From positions 1,344,001 to 1,408,000 of the forward strand of contig OY762911.1 in the NCBI GenBank assembly GCA_963666565.1: a stretch of DNA of 64,000 nucleotides, given 5' to 3'. Position numbers and translations under genes: made by a program. This document shows, in pieces, positions 18,457 to 28,617 of this stretch. Position 1 is the stretch's first letter. The number at the start of each line of letters is the position of its first letter. The DNA comes from Thermoanaerobaculia bacterium. GTDB taxonomy: Bacteria > Acidobacteriota > Thermoanaerobaculia > Multivoradales > Multivoraceae. Under the pieces are notes generated by a model, which was given only the letters and a program-made list of their open reading frames with translations, searched no databases and was not told the origin of the DNA.

Positions 18457-19980
18457 TCAGAGGCTGAGACGCTCGTCCAGGTAGCGGGACACCGCGTCCA
18501 CGGACAGCCGATCCTGGGTGCCCGTGTCGCGGTCGCGGACGGTGACCGTCCGGTCGTCGAGGGTCTGTCCGTCGACGGTGAAGCAGAAAGGCGTGCCGGC
18601 CTCGTCCATGCGCGCGTAGCGCTTGCCGATCGACTGCTTCGCGTCGTACTGGATGCGGTAGCGCCGGCGCAGCTCGAGGTACAGGGACTCCGCGATCTCC
18701 GGCATGCCGCCCTTGTTGACCAGGGGGAAGACGCCGGCGTGGACCGGCGCCAGGCGGTGCGGGAAGCGCATCAGCTCGGAGGACGGCCGGCTCTCGTCGA
18801 CGGCGTACGCCTCGCAGAGCAAGGCGAGCACGCCGCGGGTCAGGCCGGCGGCAGGCTCGATCACGTGCGGCGTGAAGCGTTCCCGCGTCTGCTGGTCGAA
18901 GGTGGCCAGCTTGACGCCGCTCCACTCCTGGTGCTGGTCGAGGTCGAAGCTGCCGCGGTGGGCCACGCCCTCCAGCTCGCCGTATCCCGGGTCGGTGAAC
19001 GGGTACATGTACTCGATGTCGAAGGTGCCTTCCCCGCTCTGGGCGTAGTGGGCCAGTTCGGACGCCTCGTGGCGGCGCAGGCGCAGGCGATCGCCGGCGA
19101 GGCCGAGGCCGCTCCACCAGTCTCTCCGCGCTTCGGTCCAGAACTCGAACCAGACCTTCGCCTCGGAGGGGTGGCAGAACCACTCCATCTCCATCTGCTC
19201 GAACTCGCGGGTCCGGAAGATCCAGTTCCTGGGGGTCACCTCGTTGCGGAACGCCTTGCCGATCTGCGCGATGCCGAACGGCAGCCGGACCCTCGACGTG
19301 TCCAGCACGCCCTTGTAGTTCAGGAAGATGCCCTGGGCCGTCTCGGGCCGCAGGTAGGCGGCGTTGTCCTCGCCGGAGGCGGCGCCGATGAAGGTCCTGA
19401 ACATCAGGTTGAAGTCGCGCGCCTCCGTCAGGGTGCCGGGCTGCGAGGCGCCGGGGGCCCAGACTCGCGCCCGCGCTGCCTCGTCGAGTTCGGAGAGGGG
19501 CAGCGACTCGAAGTCGTCGAGGCCGGGCCGTCCGCGCATCGCCTTGCGGGCGGTCCGGAGCGCCGGTTCCGGTTCGCCTTCGAGGTAGGCGAAGTACGCG
19601 GGCGTCTCCAGTTCGCGCTTCGGCCGCAGGACGTGCAGGTGGTCGGCGCGGAAGCGGGCCTTCGTCTGGCGGCAGTCGACCATGGGGTCGGAGAAGCCGC
19701 CGACGTGGCCGCTCGCCTCCCAGGCCCTCGGGTTCTGGATGATCGAGGAGTCGATGCCGACGATCGAGAGCGGCGCGCCGTCGGGGCCGAGCGGCGGGCA
19801 CTCGACCATGTCGCGCCACCAGGCGTCGCGCAGGTTGTTCTTGAGCTGGACGCCGAGCGGCCCGTAGTCCCAGAAGCCGTTGATGCCGCCGTAGATCTCG
19901 GAGGCCGGGAACACGAATCCGCGGCGCTTCGCGAGCGCCACGATCCGTTCCATCCGTTCGTTGCCTGTGGGCTCGGACAT
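18457..19980 (-). CDS. glyQS: glycine--tRNA ligase (alpha2 type)
   Basis: EIYGG, YLRPETAQGIF, FRNEVTPR, FRTREFEQME, PHVIEPAAG, SIGKRYARMDE. Confidence 0.95.
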   Translation of the reverse strand: MSEPTGNERMERIVALAKRRGFVFPASEIYGGINGFWDYGPLGVQLKNNLRDAWWRDMVECPPLGPDGAPLSIVGIDSSIIQNPRAWEASGHVGGFSDPMVDCRQTKARFRADHLHVLRPKRELETPAYFAYLEGEPEPALRTARKAMRGRPGLDDFESLPLSELDEAARARVWAPGASQPGTLTEARDFNLMFRTFIGAASGEDNAAYLRPETAQGIFLNYKGVLDTSRVRLPFGIAQIGKAFRNEVTPRNWIFRTREFEQMEMEWFCHPSEAKVWFEFWTEARRDWWSGLGLAGDRLRLRRHEASELAHYAQSGEGTFDIEYMYPFTDPGYGELEGVAHRGSFDLDQHQEWSGVKLATFDQQTRERFTPHVIEPAAGLTRGVLALLCEAYAVDESRPSSELMRFPHRLAPVHAGVFPLVNKGGMPEIAESLYLELRRRYRIQYDAKQSIGKRYARMDEAGTPFCFTVDGQTLDDRTVTVRDRDTGTQDRLSVDAVSRYLDERLSL

Positions 19981-20015
19981 CGCTCCTCCTGCTTCCCGGT
20001 TTCCGGCGGGCGCAA

Positions 20016-20024
20016 ACCGTAGCA
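20016..20024 (-). promoter_or_regulatory. extended -10 promoter TGCTACGGT of glyQS
   Basis: Same motif as at 15094; 36 nt upstream of the ATG, which has an AGGAGG RBS. Confidence 0.5.
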
Positions 20025-20049
20025 GCTTGCGGAGTGGCGCCGGTCGTGG

Positions 20050-20073
20050 GCGGGTCAGAGGACCCGCGCACCC
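20050..20073 (-). repeat. REP-like repeat copy 6
   Basis: Match to core. Confidence 0.8.
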
Positions 20074-20127
20074 AGCGGACTACTTGGTACGATTCCTTTC
20101 CCCTCTTCCCGATCAGGAGCACCATCG

Positions 20128-21522
20128 ATGGCAACCGCGCCCGCAACCGTTACTCCGGAGCAGCCGCTGGCCCGGCCCCTTCATCCCGAAGGCGACTGGC
20201 GCCACGTCTTCTCGTACCACCCGATGGACGTGGAGATCGAGCGCGCCGAAGGCGTGTTCATCTACGACCGGGACGGCAACCGGTACTTCGACGTCTCGGG
20301 CGGGCCGATGGCGGTCAACCTGCCGCACAACCATCCGCGGATGAAGCGGGCGATCGCGGCGCAGCTCGAAGACTACGCCTACACCCATCCGTCTCTGGCC
20401 AGCCCGAAGCGGGCCGAGTTCTGCCGGCTGCTCGCCGAGATCACGCCCGGCGACCTCGATCACACCTACCTCGTGTCGGGCGGTTCCGAAGCGGTCGAGA
20501 CGGCGATCAAGCTGGCCCGCCAGGCGCAGATTGCGCTCGGCAACCCGGCGAAGTACAAGATCGTCAGCCACCGGGACTCCTACCACGGCATGACCCTCGC
20601 CACCCTCGGCGTCTCGCACAACCCCGCCAGCCAGTCGCGGTTCGAGCCGATGTTGCCGAAGTGGCCGGGCATCCGGCAGTACTCGGACTTCGACCGGCCG
20701 GAGGGGACGAGCCGGGAAGAGTGGGGCGTTCAGTGCGCCCAGGCGCTGGAGACCGCGATCCACTACGCCGGCCCGAAGACTGTCGCGGCGTTCCTGGCGA
20801 CGCCGCACGGCTGCGGCGCGGACTACGCCTGCGTGCCGCCGGAAGGCTACTGGCGCGCGATCCGGGAGATCTGCGACCGCCACGGCGTGCTGATCATCGC
20901 CGACGAGGTGGTCACCGGGTTCGGGCGCACCGGCAAGTGGTTCGCGATGGAGCACTTCGGCGTCGACCCCGACATCATGACGATGGCGAAGGGCATCACG
21001 AGCTGCTACGTGCCCTTCGGCGCGGTGTCGGTGTCCAGCAGGCTGAACGAGCCGTTCGAGAAGGGCTACTCGTTCGTTCACGGCTTCACGTTCGGCGGCC
21101 ACCCGCTGGGCTGCGCGGCGGCCTGCGAGGCGATCGACATCATCCGCGACGAGAAACTGATCGAAAACTGCAACGAGCAGAGCCCGCGGCTCTTCTCGTG
21201 GCGCGACGAACTGCTCTCCCATCCGACGGTCGCCGACGTCCGCGGCTGGGGCCTGATGATGGCCATCGAGCTTGTCGCCGACAAGGAGACGATGGCGTTC
21301 TTCGACAAGAGCGTCGACGCCCAGACGCTCTTCCAGTCCCTCGCGCTCAAGAACGGCCTGGCGATGTACAGCTCGCTCTACGGCGCGGCCCGCCACCCCG
21401 CGATGGCCCGCGGCCTGCCCATCTGGGTGGCGCCGCCCCTGTCCATCGACGCCGGCCAGGTCGACGAGATGATGGGACGACTGCTGACGATGCTCTCCGA
21501 GTGGGAGAGCGCCGTTCTGTAG
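20128..21522 (+). CDS. class III PLP-dependent aminotransferase
   Basis: [43 protein letters not shown]. Confidence 0.9.
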   Translation: MATAPATVTPEQPLARPLHPEGDWRHVFSYHPMDVEIERAEGVFIYDRDGNRYFDVSGGPMAVNLPHNHPRMKRAIAAQLEDYAYTHPSLASPKRAEFCRLLAEITPGDLDHTYLVSGGSEAVETAIKLARQAQIALGNPAKYKIVSHRDSYHGMTLATLGVSHNPASQSRFEPMLPKWPGIRQYSDFDRPEGTSREEWGVQCAQALETAIHYAGPKTVAAFLATPHGCGADYACVPPEGYWRAIREICDRHGVLIIADEVVTGFGRTGKWFAMEHFGVDPDIMTMAKGITSCYVPFGAVSVSSRLNEPFEKGYSFVHGFTFGGHPLGCAAACEAIDIIRDEKLIENCNEQSPRLFSWRDELLSHPTVADVRGWGLMMAIELVADKETMAFFDKSVDAQTLFQSLALKNGLAMYSSLYGAARHPAMARGLPIWVAPPLSIDAGQVDEMMGRLLTMLSEWESAVL

Positions 21523-21565
21523 CGGCGGCTTGGCACCCGCCGGCGGAGGGACGGCGTTGCCCGCT

Positions 21566-21625
21566 GGGTGCGCGGGTCTTCCGACCCGCTCCCGCCGCAG
21601 GCGGCCGGCAAACGCGCCGGCCGTC
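21566..21625 (+). repeat. REP-like repeat copy 7 (extended form)
   Basis: Exact core plus second hairpin. Confidence 0.85.
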
Positions 21626-21646
21626 AGGCCGGCTCCGCTCTGGCGA

Positions 21647-22528
21647 TCAGTTCCCTTCGGCTCTCTCTTCCAGGCGGCTCTCCAATTCCGCCAGCCGCTC
21701 CTTCAGGCTCTCCAGCCGTTCCTCCAGCGCCTTCATGTCGGGGCGCCGCTCGTGAAGGAAGCGCTGCATCCGTTCATGCCGCTCTTTCCACTCGTCGCCG
21801 TCGAAGTACTCCTGGATCTTCTCCTGCAGGCCCTCGAGGTTGTCGGGGCCGATGAAGACGTCGACCTCGCCGTCGCCGTCGAGGTCTTCGCGACCGCGCG
21901 TGAAGTAGAAGGAGTTGGCCCGGAGGTCCGGTCGCGGCCGTTCGTCGAGGGTTGTACTGAGGGTCTCGACCTTGCCGTCGCGCCACACCTCGAGGTCGGC
22001 CGGATCCCCGGCTTCGGCCTTCCGCACCATGGTCGTCAGCTTCCGGGAGCTCGTCACGTCCTCGCCGTCGAAGCGGGTGACGATGTCGCCGACCTGCACG
22101 CCGGCGCGGGCCGCCGGGCTGCCGTCGACGACGTTGGAGACCAACACTCCGCTGCCTTCGGGCACGCCGAAATGAGCCCTCAGGGGCTCGTTCAGATTGA
22201 CGAGTTCGACGCCGAGATACGCGCCGCCCCAATGCAGGGCAAGTGTCGGTCGGCCTCGATAGGCGAACTCGCGGGCCACCTGGGCCTCGCGGGCCTCCCG
22301 CTGGGCCACGGCGGCGAGCTTCACCGCCAGCACGCGGTCGTCCTGGCCATCCTCGATGACTTCGACCTGCCCATCCCCGAGCACCATGACCCGGACGGAG
22401 CGGTCCTCCTCTTCGGGTTCCTGTGCGAAGGCCACGGTGCCCAGGCCTGCGGCGACGACCGCGGCCAGGGTCGTGACGAGAGTGAGTCGGGAGGGGAAAC
22501 CGGGGACGACGAAACTGCTCGTGGTCAT
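21647..22528 (-). CDS. exported PDZ-domain protein with C-terminal coiled coil
   Basis: YLGVEL...GVLVSNVVDGSPAARAGVQVGDIV; no protease domain. Confidence 0.8.
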   Translation of the reverse strand: MTTSSFVVPGFPSRLTLVTTLAAVVAAGLGTVAFAQEPEEEDRSVRVMVLGDGQVEVIEDGQDDRVLAVKLAAVAQREAREAQVAREFAYRGRPTLALHWGGAYLGVELVNLNEPLRAHFGVPEGSGVLVSNVVDGSPAARAGVQVGDIVTRFDGEDVTSSRKLTTMVRKAEAGDPADLEVWRDGKVETLSTTLDERPRPDLRANSFYFTRGREDLDGDGEVDVFIGPDNLEGLQEKIQEYFDGDEWKERHERMQRFLHERRPDMKALEERLESLKERLAELESRLEERAEGN

Positions 22529-22540
22529 GACCAAATGCTC

Positions 22541-22954
22541 CTATTGGATTCTGCGGCTTCCGGTCGACGCAAGGCTGACGGGAAGCGGTTCGATGTCGCG
22601 GAGGTCGAAGAGGACCTCGGTTCGGGGATCGATGGAAACCGGTACGAAGGGCTGCGTGTCTTCGGCGAGTCGGTGGAAGGACTCCAGTTCCCGGCTCAGT
22701 TCCTCGTACTCCGACCTGAGCTGTTCAAGGCTCTCCGCGGTGACTGTCGCCGGTTCGGCTGGCGCGGATTGCCGTGTCCACCAGGCGCCGGCCGCGGTCG
22801 ATACGACCACGACGGCGACAGCGGCCACGGCCAGCCTGAGTCGCGGCGCGGGCTGGCGAGCCTGATCCGTCCGCACGCGACGCAGCACGCCGGCGGTGAA
22901 GCCGTCGGAGGCGTCGACACGGGGCAAGCGTTTCAGGTCGAGATGGTCGGTCAC
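22541..22954 (-). CDS. putative membrane anti-sigma factor
   Basis: Single TM; GTGA coupling to the ECF sigma gene. Confidence 0.6.
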   Translation of the reverse strand: MTDHLDLKRLPRVDASDGFTAGVLRRVRTDQARQPAPRLRLAVAAVAVVVVSTAAGAWWTRQSAPAEPATVTAESLEQLRSEYEELSRELESFHRLAEDTQPFVPVSIDPRTEVLFDLRDIEPLPVSLASTGSRRIQ

Positions 22955-23616
22955 TTCGATCCTCCGTTCCAGTATCCGCTCAGGTCGTCGCGGAGAAGGT
23001 CCTTGCCGCGGTGGACCCGCGACTTGACGGTTCCCTCGCGGCAGCCGAGCGCTTCGGCGATGCGGGCGTAGGGCCAGCCCTCGATCTCGCGGAGGACGAC
23101 GGCCGCGCGGTAGTGGAGGGGCAGGCGGCCGATAGCCTCGGTGACGGCGTCGACCGCTTCGCCGCTCAGGACCGCGCTCCTGGGCGACCGCGCCGTCGGC
23201 CGCCGCCGCTGCTCGGCGACGAGGGACGGCAGCAGGCCCCGCCAGCGGGCGGCGCGGCGCTGTTCGCTCCGCAACCGGTTCGTGGCGATCCGGAACAGGA
23301 ACGCCTGGAACTGGCCCCGTTCCCGGTAGCGCCCGGCCGACAGGTAGACGCGCACGAACGCGTCCTGCGCCAGGTCCTCGGCGCGTTCGCGGTCGCGGGT
23401 CATCCGGGTCAGGTAGTTCACGAGGGGGTTCTTGTAGCGGTCGACGAGATCGGCGAAAGCCCGTTCGTCGCCCTCCTTGACGCGGGCCATGAGGGCGCCG
23501 TCGTCCGGCGCGCGATCCGCCCGCGCCGCCGGCGTTGCGGCGGTCGTCTGCGCCGGGGCGCTTCGGGGTCTCCTCGGCGCCGCCAGCGGGTCGGGGCTCA
23601 GCGCGGCCACCGGCAT
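22951..23616 (-). CDS. ECF RNA polymerase sigma factor
   Basis: AEDLAQDAFVR, FLFRIATN, LREIEG, IAEALG..EGTVKSRVHR. Confidence 0.9.
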   Translation of the reverse strand: MPVAALSPDPLAAPRRPRSAPAQTTAATPAARADRAPDDGALMARVKEGDERAFADLVDRYKNPLVNYLTRMTRDRERAEDLAQDAFVRVYLSAGRYRERGQFQAFLFRIATNRLRSEQRRAARWRGLLPSLVAEQRRRPTARSPRSAVLSGEAVDAVTEAIGRLPLHYRAAVVLREIEGWPYARIAEALGCREGTVKSRVHRGKDLLRDDLSGYWNGGSK

Positions 23617-23627
23617 CTCATCCCTTG

Positions 23628-23653
23628 TAACGCGCGAGGCGGCGAAGTGTTCC
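23628..23653 (-). promoter_or_regulatory. ECF-type (autoregulatory) promoter GGAAC-N16-CGTTA
   Basis: Immediately upstream of the ECF sigma ATG (23616). Confidence 0.65.
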
Positions 23654-23670
23654 AGTCCAGCGCCCACACC

Positions 23671-23730
23671 GGGTGCGCGGGTCCTCCGACCCGCTGCCGC
23701 CGAAGGCGGCCGGAGACAACGCGCCGGTCG
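23671..23730 (+). repeat. REP-like repeat copy 8 (extended form)
   Basis: Core plus second hairpin. Confidence 0.85.
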
Positions 23731-23802
23731 CGGGCCGGCGTCCGCTTCGCCGGGCTACACTCCGTCACTTCCCACAAGCATCACTCACCAGGAGGAGCGC
23801 GC

Positions 23803-24621
23803 ATGACCGTAGCCGAGATGAAGACCGCCCCCGAGCCGGAGTTCAAAGTCGACGTCCAGGACCGAGTCGCCCTGCTGACGCTGAACCGTCCGAAGAAGCT
23901 GAACGCCCTCTCCGCCGAGATCACGGCTGGCCTGCAGGAAGAGGTTCCCCGGCTCGCCGCCGACCCGGACGTCGGCGTCATCGTCCTCACCGGCGAAGGC
24001 CGCGCCTTCTGCGCCGGCGGCGACGTTTCCGGTATGGGCGGGTCGAGCGGCGCGCCGTCGACCCTCGAGGAGCGCATCGACAATCTTCGACGCGGCCAGG
24101 AAGCGGCCTGGCTCGTCCACTCGGTCCCCAAGGTCACGATCGCGGCGGTCAACGGCTTCGCGATGGGCGCCGGCCTCGGTCTGGCGGCCAGCTGCGACCT
24201 GCGCCTCGCCTCGAGCGCCGCGAAGTTCGGCACCGCCTACTCCAAGGTCGGCTTCGGCGGCGACTGGGGCACGACCTGGCAGCTCACTCGGCTGGTCGGC
24301 CCGGCTGTGGCCAAGGAGCTGTTCTTCACCGCCGACATCATCGACGCCGAGGAGGCGCGCCGCATCGGTCTCGTCAACCGCATCTACGACGCGGAGACCT
24401 TCCGCGCCGAGGCGATGGAGTACGCCTCGCGGCTCGCCCACGGGCCGCTCGTGAGCTACCGCTGGATGAAGGAGAACGTGAACCTCGCGGTCAACTCGGA
24501 CTTCCGGTCCACCCTCGACCGCGAAGCGATCTCGCACATCCGCTGCGGCCAGACGGAAGACCACAAGGAAGGCGTCACCGCCTTCATGGAGAAGCGGGCG
24601 CCGAAGTTCAGGGGCCGCTGA
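23803..24621 (+). CDS. enoyl-CoA hydratase/isomerase family protein
   Basis: LNRPKKLNAL, AFCAGGD, AAVNGFAMGAG, DHKEGVTAFMEKR. Confidence 0.9.
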   Translation: MTVAEMKTAPEPEFKVDVQDRVALLTLNRPKKLNALSAEITAGLQEEVPRLAADPDVGVIVLTGEGRAFCAGGDVSGMGGSSGAPSTLEERIDNLRRGQEAAWLVHSVPKVTIAAVNGFAMGAGLGLAASCDLRLASSAAKFGTAYSKVGFGGDWGTTWQLTRLVGPAVAKELFFTADIIDAEEARRIGLVNRIYDAETFRAEAMEYASRLAHGPLVSYRWMKENVNLAVNSDFRSTLDREAISHIRCGQTEDHKEGVTAFMEKRAPKFRGR

Positions 24622-24679
24622 TCGAAGGCGCTTCCGACACGCTCCGGGTCGTGGCGCCCGTGAGTTACGATGGCTTACC

Positions 24680-27600
24680 GTGTTCGTCGCACATCGTCCG
24701 GTGACGTTCGCTCTCTCACGTACAGCATTCGGTCGCATTCGTGTCGCGTTGCGCGCGAGCGCGCCGTTTGCGGTGGCCTGCGGCCTGCTCCTCCTCCAAC
24801 TCGCCGGCGGCGGCGCCGCGGCCGCCGCCACGATCGACTCGCTGACGGTGGGCGACGCGAACCTCACCGTCAAGTGGTCCGAGGGCGGCGGAATCGACCC
24901 GGTCACGTCCAACGATCTCCGCTACATCCGCACGGACGCGGACGAGACGGTCGATGCGAACTGGACCGTCGTCACCGGGATCTGGAGTTCCGGCCCGCGC
25001 GAGTACGTCCTCACCGGGCTGACGAACGGCGTGGGGTACGACGTCCAGGTGCGACCGGTCACGACGAACGCGGGATTGTGGTCGGCCACCGTCGCGGCGA
25101 CGCCGATCGATCCCGGCAGCACCCGGGCGACGGCGACCGCCCTGTCGTTGACCGCCCCGTTCCTGGGCGCGATCTCCCCTGGCGACGACGTCGACTACTT
25201 CGAGATCGCGTTGAGCGGCGCCACCGGCCTCGCGGTCTACACGACGGGCGCCCTGGACACGGTCGGCGTACTCGAGAGCTCGACGGGAACGACGCTGGTC
25301 AGCAACGACGACGGCGGCATGGCGGGCGGTCCCAGGAACTTCCTGCTCCTCCATTCCGCGTCGGCGTCGGCGACCGTCTACGTCAAGGCGACGAGCTACG
25401 GTACGGCGACGGGCGCCTACGCGATCCACGCCCACGCCATCGCCGACACGAGCGGCACGTCGGACGCGAGCGACATCGCGCTGGGCGGCTCGACGCTGGG
25501 GATCATCGACCCCACGGGCGACGACGACTACTACAAGTTGACGCTCGCCGCGGCCGCCGACCTGGCGATCTGGACGACGGGCACCGTCGCCGACACGATC
25601 GGAGAACTCCAGAACACCGGCGGCACGAAGGTCGCCGGCAACGACGACGGCTATCTCCATACGGGCGAACGCCAGTTCCTGATCCGGGCGTCGGTCGCTT
25701 CGGGGACGTACTACGTCAAGGTCAGTCCCTACGGTGAGGCGACCGGGCTCTACCGGCTGCACGTCCGGGGGCTGACCGAACCGGGAAGCACGATCGGCGC
25801 CGCGGGCAGCCTCGGTCTCGGCGTGATGACAGGCGGCGCGATCGATCCGACGACGGACGAGGACTACTTCCGCATCGATCTGGCCTCGGACTCCTGGGTG
25901 TATCTGCGCGCCGTCAGCACGACGGTGGACATCGACGGCGCGCTGGTCGACAGCGGCGACAACGAGGCGACGACGAATCTCTACGAGCAGACCCTGGGCA
26001 GCGGCAACTCGACGACCTACGCCTTCACTCTCTCGGACCAACTTGCGGCCGGGACGCACTACCTCAAGGTCAGCCGGTCCGGCGGCGCGGCTACCGGGAA
26101 TTACGGCGTGCTCGGATTCGCCGACGCCGCGCAGGAGGGCCTGCTGACCGGGTGTTCGGGCGGCGCCGCCGGCAGCATCGAGGACCCCCAGTACAAGTGC
26201 CAGTGGCACCTGAAGAACACGGGCCAGCTCGGCGGGACGTCCGGCGAGGACATCGACATCGAGGGCGTCTGGGCCTCCGGCCGGCGCGGCGCCGGAGTCC
26301 GGGTCGTCGTCGTGGACGACGGCATGGACTACCGCCACGAGGACCTTGCGGCCAACGTCGACACGACGAGGAACCACGACTACGGCAGCGGCGACGTATT
26401 CGACCGCAAGGAGAACCACGGCACCGCGGTTTCCGGGATCGTCGCCGCGCGCGACAACGAGGTCGGGGGCCGGGGGGTCGCTCCCCGGGCGACCATCTTC
26501 AGCCACCGGCTGCTCGGGTTCACCACCGCGGCCAACGAGGCGGACGCGATGACGCGCAGTTCGGACGTCGCCGCGGTGTCCAACAACAGTTGGGGACCCA
26601 CGGACGATCCGGACCTGAATCCCGCCTTCGCGCTCTGGCGCCAGGCGATCGTCACGGGCGTCACGACCGGCTACGGAGGCAAGGGCGTCTTCTATGCGTG
26701 GGCCGCCGGCAACGGCGCCGGGGACGGCGACTACTCGAACCTGGACGAGTATTCGAATCACTACGGCGTCGCCGCGGTGTGCGCGGTGAACGACCTCGGC
26801 AAGAGGTCGTGGTATTCGGAGATGGGCTCGAACCTGTGGATCTGCGCCCCTTCGAGCGACGGCCAGCGGGACCGTCCGGGCATCTTCACGACGAACAACT
26901 ACAGCCGCCACACGGCGCGCTTCGGCGGCACCTCGGCGGCGACGCCGATCGTCTCCGGCGTGGCGGGGCTGGTCCGCAACTCCTACCCGAACCTGAGTTG
27001 GCGCGACGTCAAGCTGATCCTGGCCGGCTCGGCGCGCAAGGTCGACGCTGGCGATGGGGGTTGGGAGACGGGGGCCGCGAAGTACGGTTCGAGCGGCGGC
27101 AGGTACGAGTTCAACCACCAGTACGGTTTCGGCGCGGTCGACGCGGCGGCGGCGATGCGGCTGGCCGCCGGGTGGACAGGCGTGCCCGCCCAGTTGGACA
27201 CGACGTCGAGCACGGTGTCCTCGTCCCTGACCGTCCCCGACGCGGCCGTGGACGCCGATGGCACGACGGTCACGAGCAGCGTCGAGGTCGCGTCCCAGAT
27301 CGACTTCGTCGAGTACGTGGTGGTCGACGCCACCTTCGCGGCGCCCGCCTTCCGGCATCTGCTGTTCGAACTCGTCTCTCCGTCGGGCGCCGTCTCCAGG
27401 CTCTCGGTTCCCTACTTCCAGGCGACGGGGTTCCACGCTCTCGACGGGCAGTTCCGGTTCGGTTCGGCCCGGCACCTCGGCGAGCGGGCGTCCGGGGAGT
27501 GGACGCTGCGGCTGACGGATCAGGTGAATCTCGGAACGGAGAGCGAACTCACGTCGTGGAGTCTGAAGTTCTACGGCCACAAGTCGCGCCCGCGGACCGG

Positions 27601-28606
27601 CGGTCCCGGCGGTGCGGCGCCTCCGGCCATCGACTCGATCGGGCCGGGGCCCGGCTCGCTCACCGTGGCCTGGTCGGCGCCCCCGGGGGCGGGTTCCGCG
27701 GTCTCGTCCTGGGACCTGCGCCTGATCCGAACCGCTGCGACGGACCGAGCCGACGAGAACTGGACCGTGTTCAGCGGTCTGGCCGCCGACACGTTGAGGG
27801 TCACCTTGTCGGACCTGGCCGGGGAGACCTCGTACGACGTGCAGGTCCGGGCGGTGACCGGCGCCGGCGCCGGTCCCTGGTCGGAGACGGCCAGCGGGCG
27901 CACGGAGGCCGCCGGACCGCCGCCGCCGAGCGGTCCGCCCGAGGCGGCTTTCACGGTCGGCGTGGACTGCCCGGAAGATCTCTGCGGGGCCAGGACCGGC
28001 GAGCGCGTCCGGTTCCAGGACACGAGCGCCGGTGTCGTCAGGCGCCGGACCTGGGACTTCGGCGACGGACGGACGTCGACGAGCGCGTCGCCGTCCCATG
28101 TCTGGTCGTCGCCCGGCTTCTACACCGTGACGCTGACCGTCGGCGACGGGACGGTCGAATCGACCGCGAGCCGGGTCTTTCTGGTCGAGGCCAGCGAACC
28201 GGCGGGAAGCTGCGTGCCGGACCGGACGACCCGCTGCCTGCGGGACTCGCGCTACCAGGTGCGGGCCGAGTGGTGGACGGCGGCGGCCGCGGCCGAGGGC
28301 GAAGAGCCGGTCCCGGCGCGCGTCGTCCGGCTGGGGACGAACGACTCCGGCGTGTTCCAGTTCTTCGGCCGGGAGAACTGGGAGGTCCTGATCAAGGTGC
28401 TGGACGGCTGCGCCATCAACGGGCACGTCTGGGTGTTCGGCGCGTCGGCGACGGACCTCGGGCTCGCGGTCGAGGTGACGGACACGGTGACCGGGGCGAC
28501 CCGCCGCTACGCCAAGGAACCCGGCCCGGCGGCGTCGGCGATCGCCGACAACCGGGCCTTCGCCGGGAGCTGCGCGGCGGCCGTGCAGCGGGGCGGCGTG
28601 GGCTAG
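24680..28606 (+). CDS. kexin/furin-like S8 serine protease, multidomain (FN3, PPC repeats, S8, P-domain, FN3, PKD, C-terminal Cys domain); start approximate
   Basis: VVDDG / NHGTAV / AAGNG / GGTSAATP catalytic motifs; LSWRDVK, HQYGFGAVD, P-domain HLGERASGEWTL; PKD WDFGDG. Confidence 0.9.
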   Translation: MFVAHRPVTFALSRTAFGRIRVALRASAPFAVACGLLLLQLAGGGAAAAATIDSLTVGDANLTVKWSEGGGIDPVTSNDLRYIRTDADETVDANWTVVTGIWSSGPREYVLTGLTNGVGYDVQVRPVTTNAGLWSATVAATPIDPGSTRATATALSLTAPFLGAISPGDDVDYFEIALSGATGLAVYTTGALDTVGVLESSTGTTLVSNDDGGMAGGPRNFLLLHSASASATVYVKATSYGTATGAYAIHAHAIADTSGTSDASDIALGGSTLGIIDPTGDDDYYKLTLAAAADLAIWTTGTVADTIGELQNTGGTKVAGNDDGYLHTGERQFLIRASVASGTYYVKVSPYGEATGLYRLHVRGLTEPGSTIGAAGSLGLGVMTGGAIDPTTDEDYFRIDLASDSWVYLRAVSTTVDIDGALVDSGDNEATTNLYEQTLGSGNSTTYAFTLSDQLAAGTHYLKVSRSGGAATGNYGVLGFADAAQEGLLTGCSGGAAGSIEDPQYKCQWHLKNTGQLGGTSGEDIDIEGVWASGRRGAGVRVVVVDDGMDYRHEDLAANVDTTRNHDYGSGDVFDRKENHGTAVSGIVAARDNEVGGRGVAPRATIFSHRLLGFTTAANEADAMTRSSDVAAVSNNSWGPTDDPDLNPAFALWRQAIVTGVTTGYGGKGVFYAWAAGNGAGDGDYSNLDEYSNHYGVAAVCAVNDLGKRSWYSEMGSNLWICAPSSDGQRDRPGIFTTNNYSRHTARFGGTSAATPIVSGVAGLVRNSYPNLSWRDVKLILAGSARKVDAGDGGWETGAAKYGSSGGRYEFNHQYGFGAVDAAAAMRLAAGWTGVPAQLDTTSSTVSSSLTVPDAAVDADGTTVTSSVEVASQIDFVEYVVVDATFAAPAFRHLLFELVSPSGAVSRLSVPYFQATGFHALDGQFRFGSARHLGERASGEWTLRLTDQVNLGTESELTSWSLKFYGHKSRPRTGGPGGAAPPAIDSIGPGPGSLTVAWSAPPGAGSAVSSWDLRLIRTAATDRADENWTVFSGLAADTLRVTLSDLAGETSYDVQVRAVTGAGAGPWSETASGRTEAAGPPPPSGPPEAAFTVGVDCPEDLCGARTGERVRFQDTSAGVVRRRTWDFGDGRTSTSASPSHVWSSPGFYTVTLTVGDGTVESTASRVFLVEASEPAGSCVPDRTTRCLRDSRYQVRAEWWTAAAAAEGEEPVPARVVRLGTNDSGVFQFFGRENWEVLIKVLDGCAINGHVWVFGASATDLGLAVEVTDTVTGATRRYAKEPGPAASAIADNRAFAGSCAAAVQRGGVG

Positions 28607-28617
28607 AGTCGTTCCCG

